NCBI GenBank assembly: GCA_963798485.1
Contig: CAWCTR010000020.1
Coordinates: 41,361 to 105,360 of the forward strand
Reading direction: 5' to 3'
Length of the DNA stretch: 64,000 nucleotides
Origin: an uncultured delta proteobacterium
Lineage (GTDB): Bacteria; Desulfobacterota; Desulfomonilia; UBA1062
The notes under the pieces are model-generated. The model ran no database searches. It was not told the DNA's origin and saw only the letters and a program-made list of their open reading frames with translations. This document shows, in pieces, positions 10,213-20,339 of this stretch (its first letter is position 1; each line of letters starts with the position of its first letter). Made by a program: the position numbers and the translations under genes.

Positions 10213-11865
10213 TTACATCATGCCGCCCATACCACCCATGCCGCCCATGCCGCCCATATCGGGCATGCCGGGTGCACCTGATCCCTTTTCATCAGGGATC
10301 TCGGCAATCATGACCTCGGTGGTGAGCAACAACCCTGCAACTGAAGCTGCATTCTGCAGGGCCGAGCGTGCAACCTTGGTGGGGTCGATGATACCGGCCT
10401 TCACCATGTCTTCATATTCCTCGGACTCGGCATTGAATCCGACATTGCCTTTGAGGCCCTTCACCTTTTCCACCACAATGCCGCCTTCCATGCCTGCGTT
10501 CACTGCGATCTGACGAAGAGGCTCTTCCAGGGCCTTCTGAATGATCTTTACGCCGAACTGCTGTTCGCCGGGCAGATCAAGCTTGCCCAGCTTCTCGATG
10601 CAGCGCAGCAGCGCCACGCCGCCGCCCGCGATAAAACCCTCTTCCACGGCTGCACGGGTGGCATGGAGTGCGTCTTCTACACGGGCCTTCTTCTCTTTCA
10701 TCTCAGGCTCGGTAGCGGCTCCCACCTTGATTACTGCGACACCGCCGGCAAGCTTGGCAAGCCTCTCTTGAAGTTTCTCGCGGTCATAATCAGATGACGT
10801 TTCTTCGATCTGGGCCTTGATCTGGCTGATCCTTGCCTGGATCTGTGCCTTTTTGCCTGCACCCTCAACGATGGTGGAGTTATCTTTGTCGATAATGATC
10901 TTCTTGGCAGTTCCCAGGTCGTTCATGGTCACTGACTCGAGCTTTCTGCCGAGATCTTCCGACACAACCTCGCCGCCGGTAAGAATAGCTATGTCTTCCA
11001 GCATGGCCTTACGCCTGTCTCCGAAGCCCGGAGCCTTGACAGCGGCGCACTTGAGCGTACCCCTGAGCTTGTTAACCACAAGTGTTGCGAGCGCCTCGCC
11101 TTCGATGTCCTCAGAAATGATAAGCAGCGGCTTACCCTTCTTCGCGATCTGCTCCAGCACAGGGATAATATCCCTCATATTGCTGATCTTCTTATCGTAG
11201 ATAAGGATCACCGGTGCCTCGAGCACCACTTCCATACGCTCTGCATCGGTAACGAAGTAGGGTGAGAGGTAACCCCTGTCGAACTGCATGCCTTCCACCA
11301 GGTCAAGGGTGGTGTCCATGCTCTTGGCCTCTTCCACGGTGATGACGCCTTCTTTGCCGACCTTGTCCATTGCATCGGCAATCAGGGCGCCCACTTCATT
11401 GTCGCCATTGGCCGAGATGGTTCCGACCTGCTCGATCTCCTTCTTGTCCTCAACCTTTCTGCTCATCTTCTTGAGTTCTTCAACAATCGCTGAGGTAGCC
11501 TTATCGATGCCGCGCTTAAGATCCATGGCGTTCATGCCGCCTGCCAGATACTTCAGGCCTTCCGTATAGATGGCCTGGGCCAGGACGGTAGCCGTAGTGG
11601 TTCCATCTCCTGCTATATCGGAGGTCTTGGAGGCCACTTCCTTGACCATCTGGGCACCCATATTCTCAAACTTGTCCTTAAGTTCGATCTCCTTGGCCAC
11701 ACTCACGCCGTCTTTTGTGACAAGCGGTGCCCCAAAGGCCTTATCAAGGATTGCATTGCGGCCCTTGGGGCCGAGAGTAGCCTTGACTGCATTGGCGAGC
11801 TTGTTCACGCCGCTTACAATTTTATTCCGTGCTTCCTGATTATAGATTATCTCTTTGCCTGCCAT
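10213..11865 (-). CDS. groL: Chaperonin GroEL (copy 1)
   Basis: [32 protein letters not shown]-repeat tail. Confidence 0.98.
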   Translation of the reverse strand: MAGKEIIYNQEARNKIVSGVNKLANAVKATLGPKGRNAILDKAFGAPLVTKDGVSVAKEIELKDKFENMGAQMVKEVASKTSDIAGDGTTTATVLAQAIYTEGLKYLAGGMNAMDLKRGIDKATSAIVEELKKMSRKVEDKKEIEQVGTISANGDNEVGALIADAMDKVGKEGVITVEEAKSMDTTLDLVEGMQFDRGYLSPYFVTDAERMEVVLEAPVILIYDKKISNMRDIIPVLEQIAKKGKPLLIISEDIEGEALATLVVNKLRGTLKCAAVKAPGFGDRRKAMLEDIAILTGGEVVSEDLGRKLESVTMNDLGTAKKIIIDKDNSTIVEGAGKKAQIQARISQIKAQIEETSSDYDREKLQERLAKLAGGVAVIKVGAATEPEMKEKKARVEDALHATRAAVEEGFIAGGGVALLRCIEKLGKLDLPGEQQFGVKIIQKALEEPLRQIAVNAGMEGGIVVEKVKGLKGNVGFNAESEEYEDMVKAGIIDPTKVARSALQNAASVAGLLLTTEVMIAEIPDEKGSGAPGMPDMGGMGGMGGMGGMM

Positions 11866-11882
11866 TTCATCTTCCTCCTTGC

Positions 11883-12170
11883 CTACTGGATAATCCCGAG
11901 GATGTCTTCCTCTCTCATGATGAGCAGTTCCTCACCCTCGATCTTGATCTCGTTCCCTGCATACTTAGAGAAGAGCACCCTGTCACCCTTTTTCACATCG
12001 AGGGGGATGACTTTCCCATCCTCGGTCTTCTTGCCGCCACCAGCGGAGATGACCTCTCCCATCTGGGGTTTTTCTTTTGCCGTATCAGGGATGATAATTC
12101 CCCCTTTGGTCTTCTGTTCCTCTTCGATCCTCTTGACGAGAACTCTGTCGTGCAATGGCTTAATCTTCAT
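11883..12170 (-). CDS. groS: Co-chaperonin GroES (copy 1)
   Basis: [10 protein letters not shown]...[13 protein letters not shown]; RBS GAGGAAAGGA. Confidence 0.97.
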   Translation of the reverse strand: MKIKPLHDRVLVKRIEEEQKTKGGIIIPDTAKEKPQMGEVISAGGGKKTEDGKVIPLDVKKGDRVLFSKYAGNEIKIEGEELLIMREEDILGIIQ

Positions 12171-12193
12171 TCCTTTCCTCCAGACTCTGATTG

Positions 12194-12220
12194 TTAGCAC
12201 TCACTATAAATGAGTGCTAA
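12194..12220. promoter_or_regulatory. CIRCE element (HrcA operator)
   Basis: Perfect TTAGCACTC-N9-GAGTGCTAA upstream of groES copy 1. Confidence 0.97.
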
Positions 12221-12469
12221 TCTCGTAGCAAGGATTATAGGTAAGTTCAAGGCTCAAAATTACTTTGTTCCATGAACCATTCATGATTTACAGATACTAT
12301 ACGGTTAAATAATCCATATCCTAAAGATATCAGTAAATTGCTGCTTCTTTCCCTTAATTACTTACTCAATGATCTTAGACATAAACTCCGGCAAAGGCCG
12401 ATTTGACAAATAAGCACCCTGTGTGCAAGATGACCGGGTCCATTAATCAAGAAAAGGGGAATATCAAAG

Positions 12470-13210
12470 ATGAGCCTGCTATCGAAAAAGCTGTTGTTCG
12501 GCATGTCTCTGATTATCTTGTCTGTCCTTTTTTATATCCTGGACTACCTCTTATTCAGTGATGCCCGGGATCTCATCTTTTATACCATCATGGACATTGC
12601 ATTCCTGTTCATCCAGGTATTGCTCGTTACCATCATTATCCAGGAACTCCTTGATATAAGAGAAAAACAGGAGCGGATGCAAAAACTCAACACCGTCATT
12701 GGGGTCTTTTTCAGCGAGTTCGGGACCGATCTCCTTTCCTATTTTTCCGATCTCGACCGCAACCTTGGCACCATCAGAAATGATTTGCTTGTCTCTGTAC
12801 AGTGGACTGATGAACAATATTCCAACGCCATGAAGCGACTCGGCAGTTATATATATAAAGTGGAACCCGAAAAGCTCGACCTTGAAAGACTCAAGCAATA
12901 CCTCCTCGGGAAAAGGGATTTCCTGCTTATCATGATGGAAAACCCCAATCTCATGGAACATGAGCGCTTCACCGAGCTCCTGCTGTCGGTCTTTCACCTT
13001 GTGGAGGAACTCAAGCTGAGAAAAACCATAGAGGAACTCCCCTGCGAAGACTGCGACCATATAGCAGTCGACATTAACCGTGCATATCAGATGCTTGTCA
13101 GGGAATGGATATCCTACATGAAACATCTCAAGGACAACTTCCCTTACCTTTTCTCACTGGCCATGCGCACAAACCCCTTTGACCAGGATGCATCGGTTAT
13201 TGTGAGCTGA
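12470..13210 (+). CDS. Hypothetical membrane protein (two N-terminal TM helices)
   Basis: 246-aa ORF with RBS GGGGA; hydrophobic N-terminus and helical C-terminal domain ending RTNPFD. Confidence 0.75.
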   Translation: MSLLSKKLLFGMSLIILSVLFYILDYLLFSDARDLIFYTIMDIAFLFIQVLLVTIIIQELLDIREKQERMQKLNTVIGVFFSEFGTDLLSYFSDLDRNLGTIRNDLLVSVQWTDEQYSNAMKRLGSYIYKVEPEKLDLERLKQYLLGKRDFLLIMMENPNLMEHERFTELLLSVFHLVEELKLRKTIEELPCEDCDHIAVDINRAYQMLVREWISYMKHLKDNFPYLFSLAMRTNPFDQDASVIVS

Positions 13211-13305
13211 ACTTCAGATGGGGAACCATTGATCATATGAATCATATGTGTTATTCCCCCCAAAAGGTATTGAAATGAAGTAGCCGTTTCTTAAGGAATA
13301 CGGAG

Positions 13306-16300
13306 GTGAACGTGAGCTTTCTTGGTATTGATGTGGGGAGCTCCTACATTAAACTTTGGTACGAAGATGTCAGCGGTTCTGTCATTACTGCTCGAAACAT
13401 CCACCACAGGGGATCACCCCAGAGTACTGTAATCAACGAGTTGTCCTGCCTGAACCCTGAGCCTATGTTTCTCAGTTTCTCAGGCAACCTGGCCGGGCAG
13501 GATATTATGGGATGGCACCATGAAGGGCTCCTGTCAGAGATTGATTACCTGAGGAAGATGTATCCCAGCAGACAACTGCTCATCTTTGGTGCGGAGAAGA
13601 TTGAACTCGTTAATTTTGACGAGAGCGGGCACATCCTTTTTTATCAGACAAACCCTTCATGCGCCGCAGGAACAGGCTCATTCCTTGACGAGCAGATGCT
13701 CAGGCTTGGTCTCGACTTCTCTGATCTGCCTCATATCGCTATTGACGAAAGTGCCCCCCTTGTGGCCACGAGGTGTGCCGTTTTTGCAAAAACCGACATT
13801 ATCCATCTTCAGCAGGATGGGCATACTGCATACTCCATATACAACGGGCTGTGTAAAGGCCTGGTGCTGAGCAGCCTTAAAAGCGTGTTCGGCGGCAATC
13901 TTCCCAATGGCTCCGGCATCATTGCCACCGGGGGCTTGCTTGAAAATCTCCATATCCGTCATTATCTCAAGCAGGTCTTCCCCATGATACAGATCGCCCA
14001 GGACCCGGCGTTCACCAGGGCGCGCGGCTTAAGCCTTGCTGCACGGCTTCATGGACAAAACTTCACCGGCTTCATGACTATCCTTAAGGAGCACACCCCG
14101 GGCAAGGCCCGTTCTTCAGCCCTTCGGCCACTGAAACTCAAAAAGAGCGCCTTCCCGGCTACAGAGATGACCCGCCGTACGGATAACTACGGAAATGAGA
14201 TCTGGCATGACCTGTGTGAAAACGAATCTTTAGAGGTCTTCCTCGGGGTGGACATAGGGTCCACCTCAACAAAGGCAGTGCTCACTGATACCAAAGGTAC
14301 TATCAGGTTGGATATCTATACCAAGACTTCAGGCAACCCTATCGAGGCAACAAAAAGGATTTTTCAGGGGATATTATCGGTTCAGAAAGACCTTCCGTGC
14401 TCCATTGCCATCCATGGTTGCGCAACCACCGGCTCAGGGAGGAAGCTCATAGGCACCATCATCGGTGCGGACCTCATTGTCAATGAGATCAGCGCCCATG
14501 CCAAGGGAGCCCTCACCCTTGATGAAAACGTCAGTACCATCTTCGAAATCGGCGGCCAAGACGCAAAATTTATCCGTATTGAGAACGGCCGCATTGTTGA
14601 TGTAAACATGAACTATGTATGCGCTGCAGGCACCGGATCTTTCGTGGAGGAACAGGCCAGGACCCTGGACATGAGCCTCGATGAGATCAGCGCCAAGGTA
14701 ATGGGGGTGATCCCCCTGCCCAATTCCGACCGCTGCACGGTATTCATGAACCAGGAGATCACCAGACAAATCTCATCAGGATACCCCAAGGACCAGATCA
14801 TGGCAGGCGTGCTGATGGCAGTGTTCAAGAACTATGTCAGCAAGGTCGTAGGCAACCGCAACTATAATAAAGATAAAATCGTCTTCCAAGGTGCGACAGC
14901 CCGCAACAAGGGACTGGTAGCGGCACTGGAACAAATCACCAATGCACAAGTCATGGTCTCAGAGTTCTGCCATGTCATGGGTGCTTACGGTGCAGCGCTT
15001 CTCACCAAGGGGAAAGGCCTTGGAAAGACATCCTTCAGGGGTCTTGTTATCCCTGATGTCTCTATTAAGGAGAAGGCGTGCAAGGGGTGTGAGAATACCT
15101 GCAGGATCACTTTTGTCAAGGCCGGCACTGAAAAGACGAGCTGGGGATATATGTGCGGCAGGGAACCTGGTGCACAAAGCGAAGAAAGGAAGATCAACCA
15201 GAGCGTTAAAATCAGGGATGACCTCCTCAAGGGCTATAAAACCGCACTGCAAAAAGGAACGCACGCCTTTAAAATGCCTGCCCTTGGTTTGTACGAGGAA
15301 TTCCTTCCCCTGCTCACAGAGGTAGCATCCGCCTGTGACTTAAGCATTGAGGTGTGCTATCCCGGGAAAAATGAAATCCAAAAAGAGCTTTCTGCAATCG
15401 GCTCAGGGGATTTCTGCTATCCCATCAAGGTCGCCATGGCCTGCGTCAATGTCCTTCTCAAGGAAGATCCTTCGAGCAGGATATTGCTTCCATTCCTCAT
15501 ACAGGACATCAAGGATGATTCTATCCACCCGCGCAGCTACTACTGCCCGTTCATCACTACCGTGCCGAGCTTTTTCAAGGACAAAACCCTTTCCTCACGG
15601 GTATTCACCCCTGAGATCGACTTAAGCAGAAGCATTCCCTGGCAGGCACGGCAGATATGGGACTTCCTTAAACGCTCCGGAATTGATGGGATAAACCCGT
15701 TCAAGATCATAACCGGGATCAGACGGGGGATGGAGAAACTGGAACAGCATCGCAGGGAACTGACATCAAAGGCAACCTCGATCCTTGATGATGTCGGGGA
15801 TGAAAAGGCAATCGTGCTCCTCGGCAGGCCCTATAACCTCTACCACAGGATACTCAATCTTGGCATACCTGAACTCATCGAGTCTTTAGGGTACCGGGTG
15901 ATCACCATGGATGCCATCCCGGATGACATCACAAACAAGGATATCACAGGCTTATACCCGGATATGTACTGGTATCAGGGACAGAGGTTGCTGAAGAAGG
16001 CACTGAGTATCCGCAACATGCCGAATCTCTTCCCGCTCATGATATCCAACTTCTCGTGCGGACCTGACTCGTTTATCCTCACCTATTTCGAAGAGATCTG
16101 CAGCGATAAGCCATACCTCATCCTCGAACTGGATGAGCACGGCTCGGCAACAGGCTACCAGACGCGGATCGAGGCCTTCATCGATATGATCGAGCAGCAT
16201 AGCGGCTGCAGTATTCAAGCCCCGCATATCTCAAAGTCCGCAAGGATACGTTACAGTATTGAAGATATCAGGCACAACACCAAGGTCTGGATACCCCAGA

Positions 16301-17547
16301 TCCACCCGTACATACCCCAACTGTGGTCTGCCATGTTGAACCACTACGGCTACGAAACAAACGCCATGGGCGAGGAGACTGCCGCCGAATGCACGGCAGG
16401 CAGGGCATTATGCCGCGGGAGCGAGTGCCTGCCGGCAGCGGTTACTACCGGTAAGTTTCTCTCGGTAATCAAAGACGGCCCGGCAAACTGCCACCAAACC
16501 CTGTTCATGCCCCGGGCAGAAGGCCCTTGCAGGTTTGGTCAGTATGCAACACTCCAGTCCATGATCTTTGACCGGGCAGGGTATAAAAATATCAGCATAT
16601 TCTCTCCCACTTCAGAGGACGGATATACCTTTCTTACGCCCAGGATGGAGATGGATATCTGGAAGGCTATCTGCCTGGGTGATGCCTTGTTCAAGCTGCG
16701 GTGCCGGGTATTGCCCTATCATAAACACCCGATCATGGCAGAGGCCCTCATCAAGGAAGTCCTTGATGAAATCTGCGGCCTGATCCGCACAGGCAAAGAC
16801 TGGAAGGTGGCCCTGTCATCGCTGACAAACACACTCAGCATCGATTCGGGACTCGATCAACCGTTAAAACCGCTTGTGGGTATTGTGGGCGAGATCTTTG
16901 TTCGGCTCAACAGCTTTTCCAACCAGCACATCGTGGAGACCGTGGAGGCCAATGGCGGCGAGGTCTGGTTATCACCCTTTTCGGAATGGATTCATTATGT
17001 CCGGGACATCCTTGCCATGAGATCAGGGCCCGTTAAGAAGCTTGGCACGCGCATTAAGAACCATATCCTCCATAGGGTTGAGAGGGACATCATATCCCTC
17101 TTCTCACCGGTGCTCGACCATAGACATGAGCCTTCCATAGCAGCGGTCATAAGCAAGGCCAAGAGATTCATCCCGCCGACCTTCGAGGGAGAGGCTATCC
17201 TCACGATTGGAAGGGCCAAATTGTTTGCTGAACAGGGGGCAAGCCTTGTGGTGAACTGCTCGCCCTTCAGTTGTATGCCTGGAAGGGTAACTTCGCACCT
17301 GTTCCAGACCTACCGGGATTATTTCCAGGTACCGGTGGTGAACCTGTTCTTCGATGGCACAGGCGATATTTCGAACCAGGTGGGGATCTATCTGAAATCC
17401 ATAACCCAGGCCTATACAGAAAAGCGCCCTATGCCCTCCACAATCTTCCAAAAACCAGGGAAGAAGCCTGCAGCCACTCCGTGGGCAAAGGTTATGGGTG
17501 ACTCCCTGCAGGAAGATATCTTTGATGATGAATACAGGAGCAAGTAG
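13306..17547 (+). CDS. Acyl-CoA dehydratase activase-related protein (two BadF/BcrAD ASKHA ATPase domains plus DUF2229-like region), copy 1
   Basis: GIDVGS and GVDIGSTSTK, two CAAGTGSF motifs, EIGGQD, SCGPDSF, DEH..TGYQTRIEAF. Confidence 0.9.
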   Translation: MNVSFLGIDVGSSYIKLWYEDVSGSVITARNIHHRGSPQSTVINELSCLNPEPMFLSFSGNLAGQDIMGWHHEGLLSEIDYLRKMYPSRQLLIFGAEKIELVNFDESGHILFYQTNPSCAAGTGSFLDEQMLRLGLDFSDLPHIAIDESAPLVATRCAVFAKTDIIHLQQDGHTAYSIYNGLCKGLVLSSLKSVFGGNLPNGSGIIATGGLLENLHIRHYLKQVFPMIQIAQDPAFTRARGLSLAARLHGQNFTGFMTILKEHTPGKARSSALRPLKLKKSAFPATEMTRRTDNYGNEIWHDLCENESLEVFLGVDIGSTSTKAVLTDTKGTIRLDIYTKTSGNPIEATKRIFQGILSVQKDLPCSIAIHGCATTGSGRKLIGTIIGADLIVNEISAHAKGALTLDENVSTIFEIGGQDAKFIRIENGRIVDVNMNYVCAAGTGSFVEEQARTLDMSLDEISAKVMGVIPLPNSDRCTVFMNQEITRQISSGYPKDQIMAGVLMAVFKNYVSKVVGNRNYNKDKIVFQGATARNKGLVAALEQITNAQVMVSEFCHVMGAYGAALLTKGKGLGKTSFRGLVIPDVSIKEKACKGCENTCRITFVKAGTEKTSWGYMCGREPGAQSEERKINQSVKIRDDLLKGYKTALQKGTHAFKMPALGLYEEFLPLLTEVASACDLSIEVCYPGKNEIQKELSAIGSGDFCYPIKVAMACVNVLLKEDPSSRILLPFLIQDIKDDSIHPRSYYCPFITTVPSFFKDKTLSSRVFTPEIDLSRSIPWQARQIWDFLKRSGIDGINPFKIITGIRRGMEKLEQHRRELTSKATSILDDVGDEKAIVLLGRPYNLYHRILNLGIPELIESLGYRVITMDAIPDDITNKDITGLYPDMYWYQGQRLLKKALSIRNMPNLFPLMISNFSCGPDSFILTYFEEICSDKPYLILELDEHGSATGYQTRIEAFIDMIEQHSGCSIQAPHISKSARIRYSIEDIRHNTKVWIPQIHPYIPQLWSAMLNHYGYETNAMGEETAAECTAGRALCRGSECLPAAVTTGKFLSVIKDGPANCHQTLFMPRAEGPCRFGQYATLQSMIFDRAGYKNISIFSPTSEDGYTFLTPRMEMDIWKAICLGDALFKLRCRVLPYHKHPIMAEALIKEVLDEICGLIRTGKDWKVALSSLTNTLSIDSGLDQPLKPLVGIVGEIFVRLNSFSNQHIVETVEANGGEVWLSPFSEWIHYVRDILAMRSGPVKKLGTRIKNHILHRVERDIISLFSPVLDHRHEPSIAAVISKAKRFIPPTFEGEAILTIGRAKLFAEQGASLVVNCSPFSCMPGRVTSHLFQTYRDYFQVPVVNLFFDGTGDISNQVGIYLKSITQAYTEKRPMPSTIFQKPGKKPAATPWAKVMGDSLQEDIFDDEYRSK

Positions 17548-17690
17548 AAGATACAAATAGAAGATAATAATGACCACTACAAAATGGAAAGCGATTATGA
17601 AGGCGCAATAAGCAGTTCGCTAACAACACCACCCATACCATATCAATAAACAAGGTCCGCCTTATAATTCCTATATCTTTATTAATCTAA

Positions 17691-17713
17691 TGGTCGGGCA
17701 GTGGGGATTTGAA
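17691..17713 (-). repeat. tRNA-Pro 3'-end fragment (att-like copy 3)
   Basis: TGGTCGGGCAGTGGGGATTTGAA, 21/23 identical to 26615-26637. Confidence 0.75.
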
Positions 17714-17911
17714 ACACGAAACCGTATTGTATCTAAGCCACTCCACAGGCCGCTGCGTGAGAATCACGTGAAAGTTGAAAATTAGTTGGCTGAGAAAATT
17801 CTTGAATACCCCCTCCCCTGACAATAATATGCTGATACAATAAATACGTTATTATTGAGATTGACTCTTTCTCCGATATGATATACGTGTATAGCATAAG
17901 GGAGAGAACCT

Positions 17912-18136
17912 ATGCTTGCTATCCGACTTCCCGCAGAAATTGAAGACCGACTTGAAGCCCTGGCAAAAGCCACCGGACGGACTAAGACCTATTATGCCAG
18001 AGAGGCAATTCTTGAGTATATTGACGACCTGGAAGATGTCTACCTTGCCGAGAAACGGCTGGAAGATATCCGAGCAGGCCGAACAAAGACCGTTCCGCTC
18101 GAAAAGATCATGAAACGCCATGGCATGGAAGGTTGA
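17912..18136 (+). CDS. RelB-like ribbon-helix-helix antitoxin
   Basis: MLAIRLPAEIEDRLEALAKATGRTKTYYAREAI RHH; acidic EDVYLA segment; overlaps the toxin gene. Confidence 0.88.
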   Translation: MLAIRLPAEIEDRLEALAKATGRTKTYYAREAILEYIDDLEDVYLAEKRLEDIRAGRTKTVPLEKIMKRHGMEG

Positions 18137-18392
18137 GCTTGACCCCGCAACAGTGCGGGATTTAGACCGCCTTGATAAGCAAGTTGCCCGACGCATCCTC
18201 AGTTTCTTATATGAAAGGGTTGCTCAACTGGACGATCCACGCAGCATCGGCCAAGCGTTGCAGGGTTCCAAATTTGGAGAGTTCTGGAAGTATCGCGTGG
18301 GTGACTGGCGAATAATCTGTAAGATAGAAGATAAACGAATAATTGTGTTAGTTCTCCGTATTAGACATAGAAGTAAGGTATACAGGCCCTAG
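18120..18392 (+). CDS. RelE/StbE-family type II toxin
   Basis: DDPRSIGQAL...FWKYRVGDWRIIC...IRHRSKVY, a RelE signature. Confidence 0.9.
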   Translation: MAWKVELDPATVRDLDRLDKQVARRILSFLYERVAQLDDPRSIGQALQGSKFGEFWKYRVGDWRIICKIEDKRIIVLVLRIRHRSKVYRP

Positions 18393-18425
18393 AAAATCCA
18401 GGTCACCATGGAATCGATAGTAAAC

Positions 18426-18529
18426 TGGCCGGGAAGCGGGGATTTGAAGACTATTCCCTTGATTATAAACCGTCATCAGGCCTAATTCTACAGACTCGTA
18501 CAGGATTTATGTCCGAGACTTGTCCGAGT
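18426..18529. repeat. att-like repeat: tRNA-Pro 3' fragment plus conserved arm (copy 2)
   Basis: Core 22/23 identical to the tRNA end; 87/104 identical and gapless versus 19971-20074. Confidence 0.85.
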
Positions 18530-18718
18530 CAAAATCATGAGATATTAAGTTCATTATTGAGAGTAAATTAATAATGATCCGTCATGACTCCTTATCGAAT
18601 ATCATGGTGACTTCATAAGTGCCGTAGCTTGATGTCATGCATGTTGTTTATAGTTGTAGTGATTCGAATAAATTAGATTTATCTTGCATCCTTGCAATTT
18701 GGAAGGTAGTATTCCAAT

Positions 18719-19885
18719 ATGCAAGGTATTTACATTCCCAGATCTCTAGAAAACGATGTACGTCGTGGACTTGAGGAATTCCCGGCTGTGGCAGTCTTGG
18801 GTCCGAGGCAGTGTGGTAAGTCAACCCTGGCAAAGCATGTTATTGAGAGCTTCCCGCAGAGTATCTATCTCGATCTCGAACGTCCGTCCGATGGGCGCAA
18901 GCTTACCGATCCCGAACTGTTCTTTGATCACTATAAGGACAGGCTCATCTGCCTGGATGAGATCCAACGTCTCCCAGAAATCTTCACCATATTAAGAAGC
19001 ATGATCGATGAAAGAAGGAGGCCTGGTCAATTTCTCATTCTTGGATCAGCTTCTGGTGATCTGCTCCGGCAAAGCTCGGAGAGTCTCGCAGGTCGTATTG
19101 CCTACCTGGAATTGGCACCTTTCAGTATTAATGAAATATCTGATCGACCTGTGAGTACTCTCTGGTTACGCGGAGGGTTCCCCTCAGGCTTGCTTTCTAA
19201 TGATGATCAGTCAAGCTTCCGCTGGCGACAGAATTTTGTTCGCACGTTTCTGGAACGTGACATATCCCAGCTTGGAATCCGGATATCTTCAGCCTCAATC
19301 GAGCGTCTCTGGCGCTTATGCGCACATTATCATAGTCAGCTGCTCAATCTCTCGGCCATTGGGAGTTCTCTGGGGATAACCCATCATACCGCCCGTTCCT
19401 ATATCGATCTTCTCAGCAAGACCTTTATGCTCAGGGTACTTCCCCCGTTTGAGGCAAATGCAAAGAAAAGGCTTGTGAAGTCGCCGAAAATTTATATCCG
19501 GGACAGCGGACTGTTGCATACATTACTGGGAATTCGGGAATATGAAGATCTGTTGGCACACCCTGTATTCGGGGGATCTTGGGAAGGTTTTGTTATTGAA
19601 AACATACTGACTTGTTTGCCTGACTGGAATCCGAGTTTTTATCGTACCTCTGCTGGCGCGGAAATAGATCTTGTGCTTGAGAGAGGCAAACATAGGATTG
19701 CCATCGAATGTAAGGCATCATCTTCACCGTCAGTCACGAAGGGATTCTGGTATGCCCTCGATGATATTCAACCCGATGAAGTCTTGATTGTGGCTCCGGT
19801 CAAGAAAACGTACCCCATCAAAGAAGGAGTGATGGTTATTCCTTTGCAAGAGCTTGTGCAACACCTGATGAAAAAATCCCCATGA
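18719..19885 (+). CDS. AAA+ ATPase with DUF4143 (PD-(D/E)xK-like) C-terminus
   Basis: GPRQCGKST, LDEIQR, ESLAGR, KRLVKSPKIY..DSGL, EIDL...IECK. Confidence 0.9.
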   Translation: MQGIYIPRSLENDVRRGLEEFPAVAVLGPRQCGKSTLAKHVIESFPQSIYLDLERPSDGRKLTDPELFFDHYKDRLICLDEIQRLPEIFTILRSMIDERRRPGQFLILGSASGDLLRQSSESLAGRIAYLELAPFSINEISDRPVSTLWLRGGFPSGLLSNDDQSSFRWRQNFVRTFLERDISQLGIRISSASIERLWRLCAHYHSQLLNLSAIGSSLGITHHTARSYIDLLSKTFMLRVLPPFEANAKKRLVKSPKIYIRDSGLLHTLLGIREYEDLLAHPVFGGSWEGFVIENILTCLPDWNPSFYRTSAGAEIDLVLERGKHRIAIECKASSSPSVTKGFWYALDDIQPDEVLIVAPVKKTYPIKEGVMVIPLQELVQHLMKKSP

Positions 19886-19992
19886 AGGATTTAAGAAAAT
19901 TATTTGAAATGTATCAGGCTCTTCTCATCGAGAATGGAGCCCTGAAGAAAGAAAATCAATTATTGAAAGATGGTCGGGAAGCGGGGATTTGA
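19882..19992 (+). pseudogene. 5' fragment of a homolog of the 21225-24080 helicase gene, truncated at the att repeat
   Basis: MKDLRKLFEMYQALLIENGALKKENQLLK is 21/29 identical to the helicase N-terminus; ATGA overlap with the ATPase stop. Confidence 0.8.
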
Positions 19993-20074
19993 AGACGGTA
20001 CCCTTCGCTGCAAACTTTCATCAGCCCTGCTTCTACAGACTCGTACAGGGTTTCTGTCCGAGACTTGTACGAGT
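19971..20074. repeat. att-like repeat: tRNA-Pro 3' fragment plus conserved arm (copy 1)
   Basis: TGGTCGGGAAGCGGGGATTTGAA is identical to 26615-26637, followed by an arm with three YTGTMCGAG-like motifs. Confidence 0.9.
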
Positions 20075-20090
20075 TCAATTGAATAGTTTA

Positions 20091-20144
20091 TTATACCGGA
20101 GAGTCGACTTGAATCCCCACATCCACAAGGGACTTCGGATTTTG
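20091..20144 (-). repeat. Degenerate tRNA-Leu 3'-half fragment
   Basis: About 40/54 identical to 26337-26389, including CTTCGGATTTTG. Confidence 0.6.
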
Positions 20145-20339
20145 GTTTCGTTAAAGCAAAATATCAAACCCCTTGATCTTAGGTCTTATTTTCCGTAATA
20201 CCTTAAATTTAGGTCAATTTATGATTTCAATCTATTCCCTTACAGTCTATCAGTTCTCACATTTTTCCTTGGATTCTAGCACAATTTTAGCACAGTTATG
20301 GCGTATGTTAAGTAGCAGATATTATATCTAATCACCATA

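Noticed and set aside
10220-11839. Antisense ORFs repeated over both groEL copies, and similar shadow ORFs elsewhere
   Set aside because: By-products of codon bias on the coding strand; no independent motifs or RBS
17691-20074. Spaced direct repeats as a CRISPR array or integron attC sites
   Set aside because: Spacing is 0.7-1.5 kb, the repeats are tRNA 3' ends, and there are no cas/intI genes or RYYYAAC...GTTRRRY boxes
19989-20198. 69-aa ORF over the att arm
   Set aside because: Spans the att module and the tRNA-Leu remnant, with no RBS or recognisable motif
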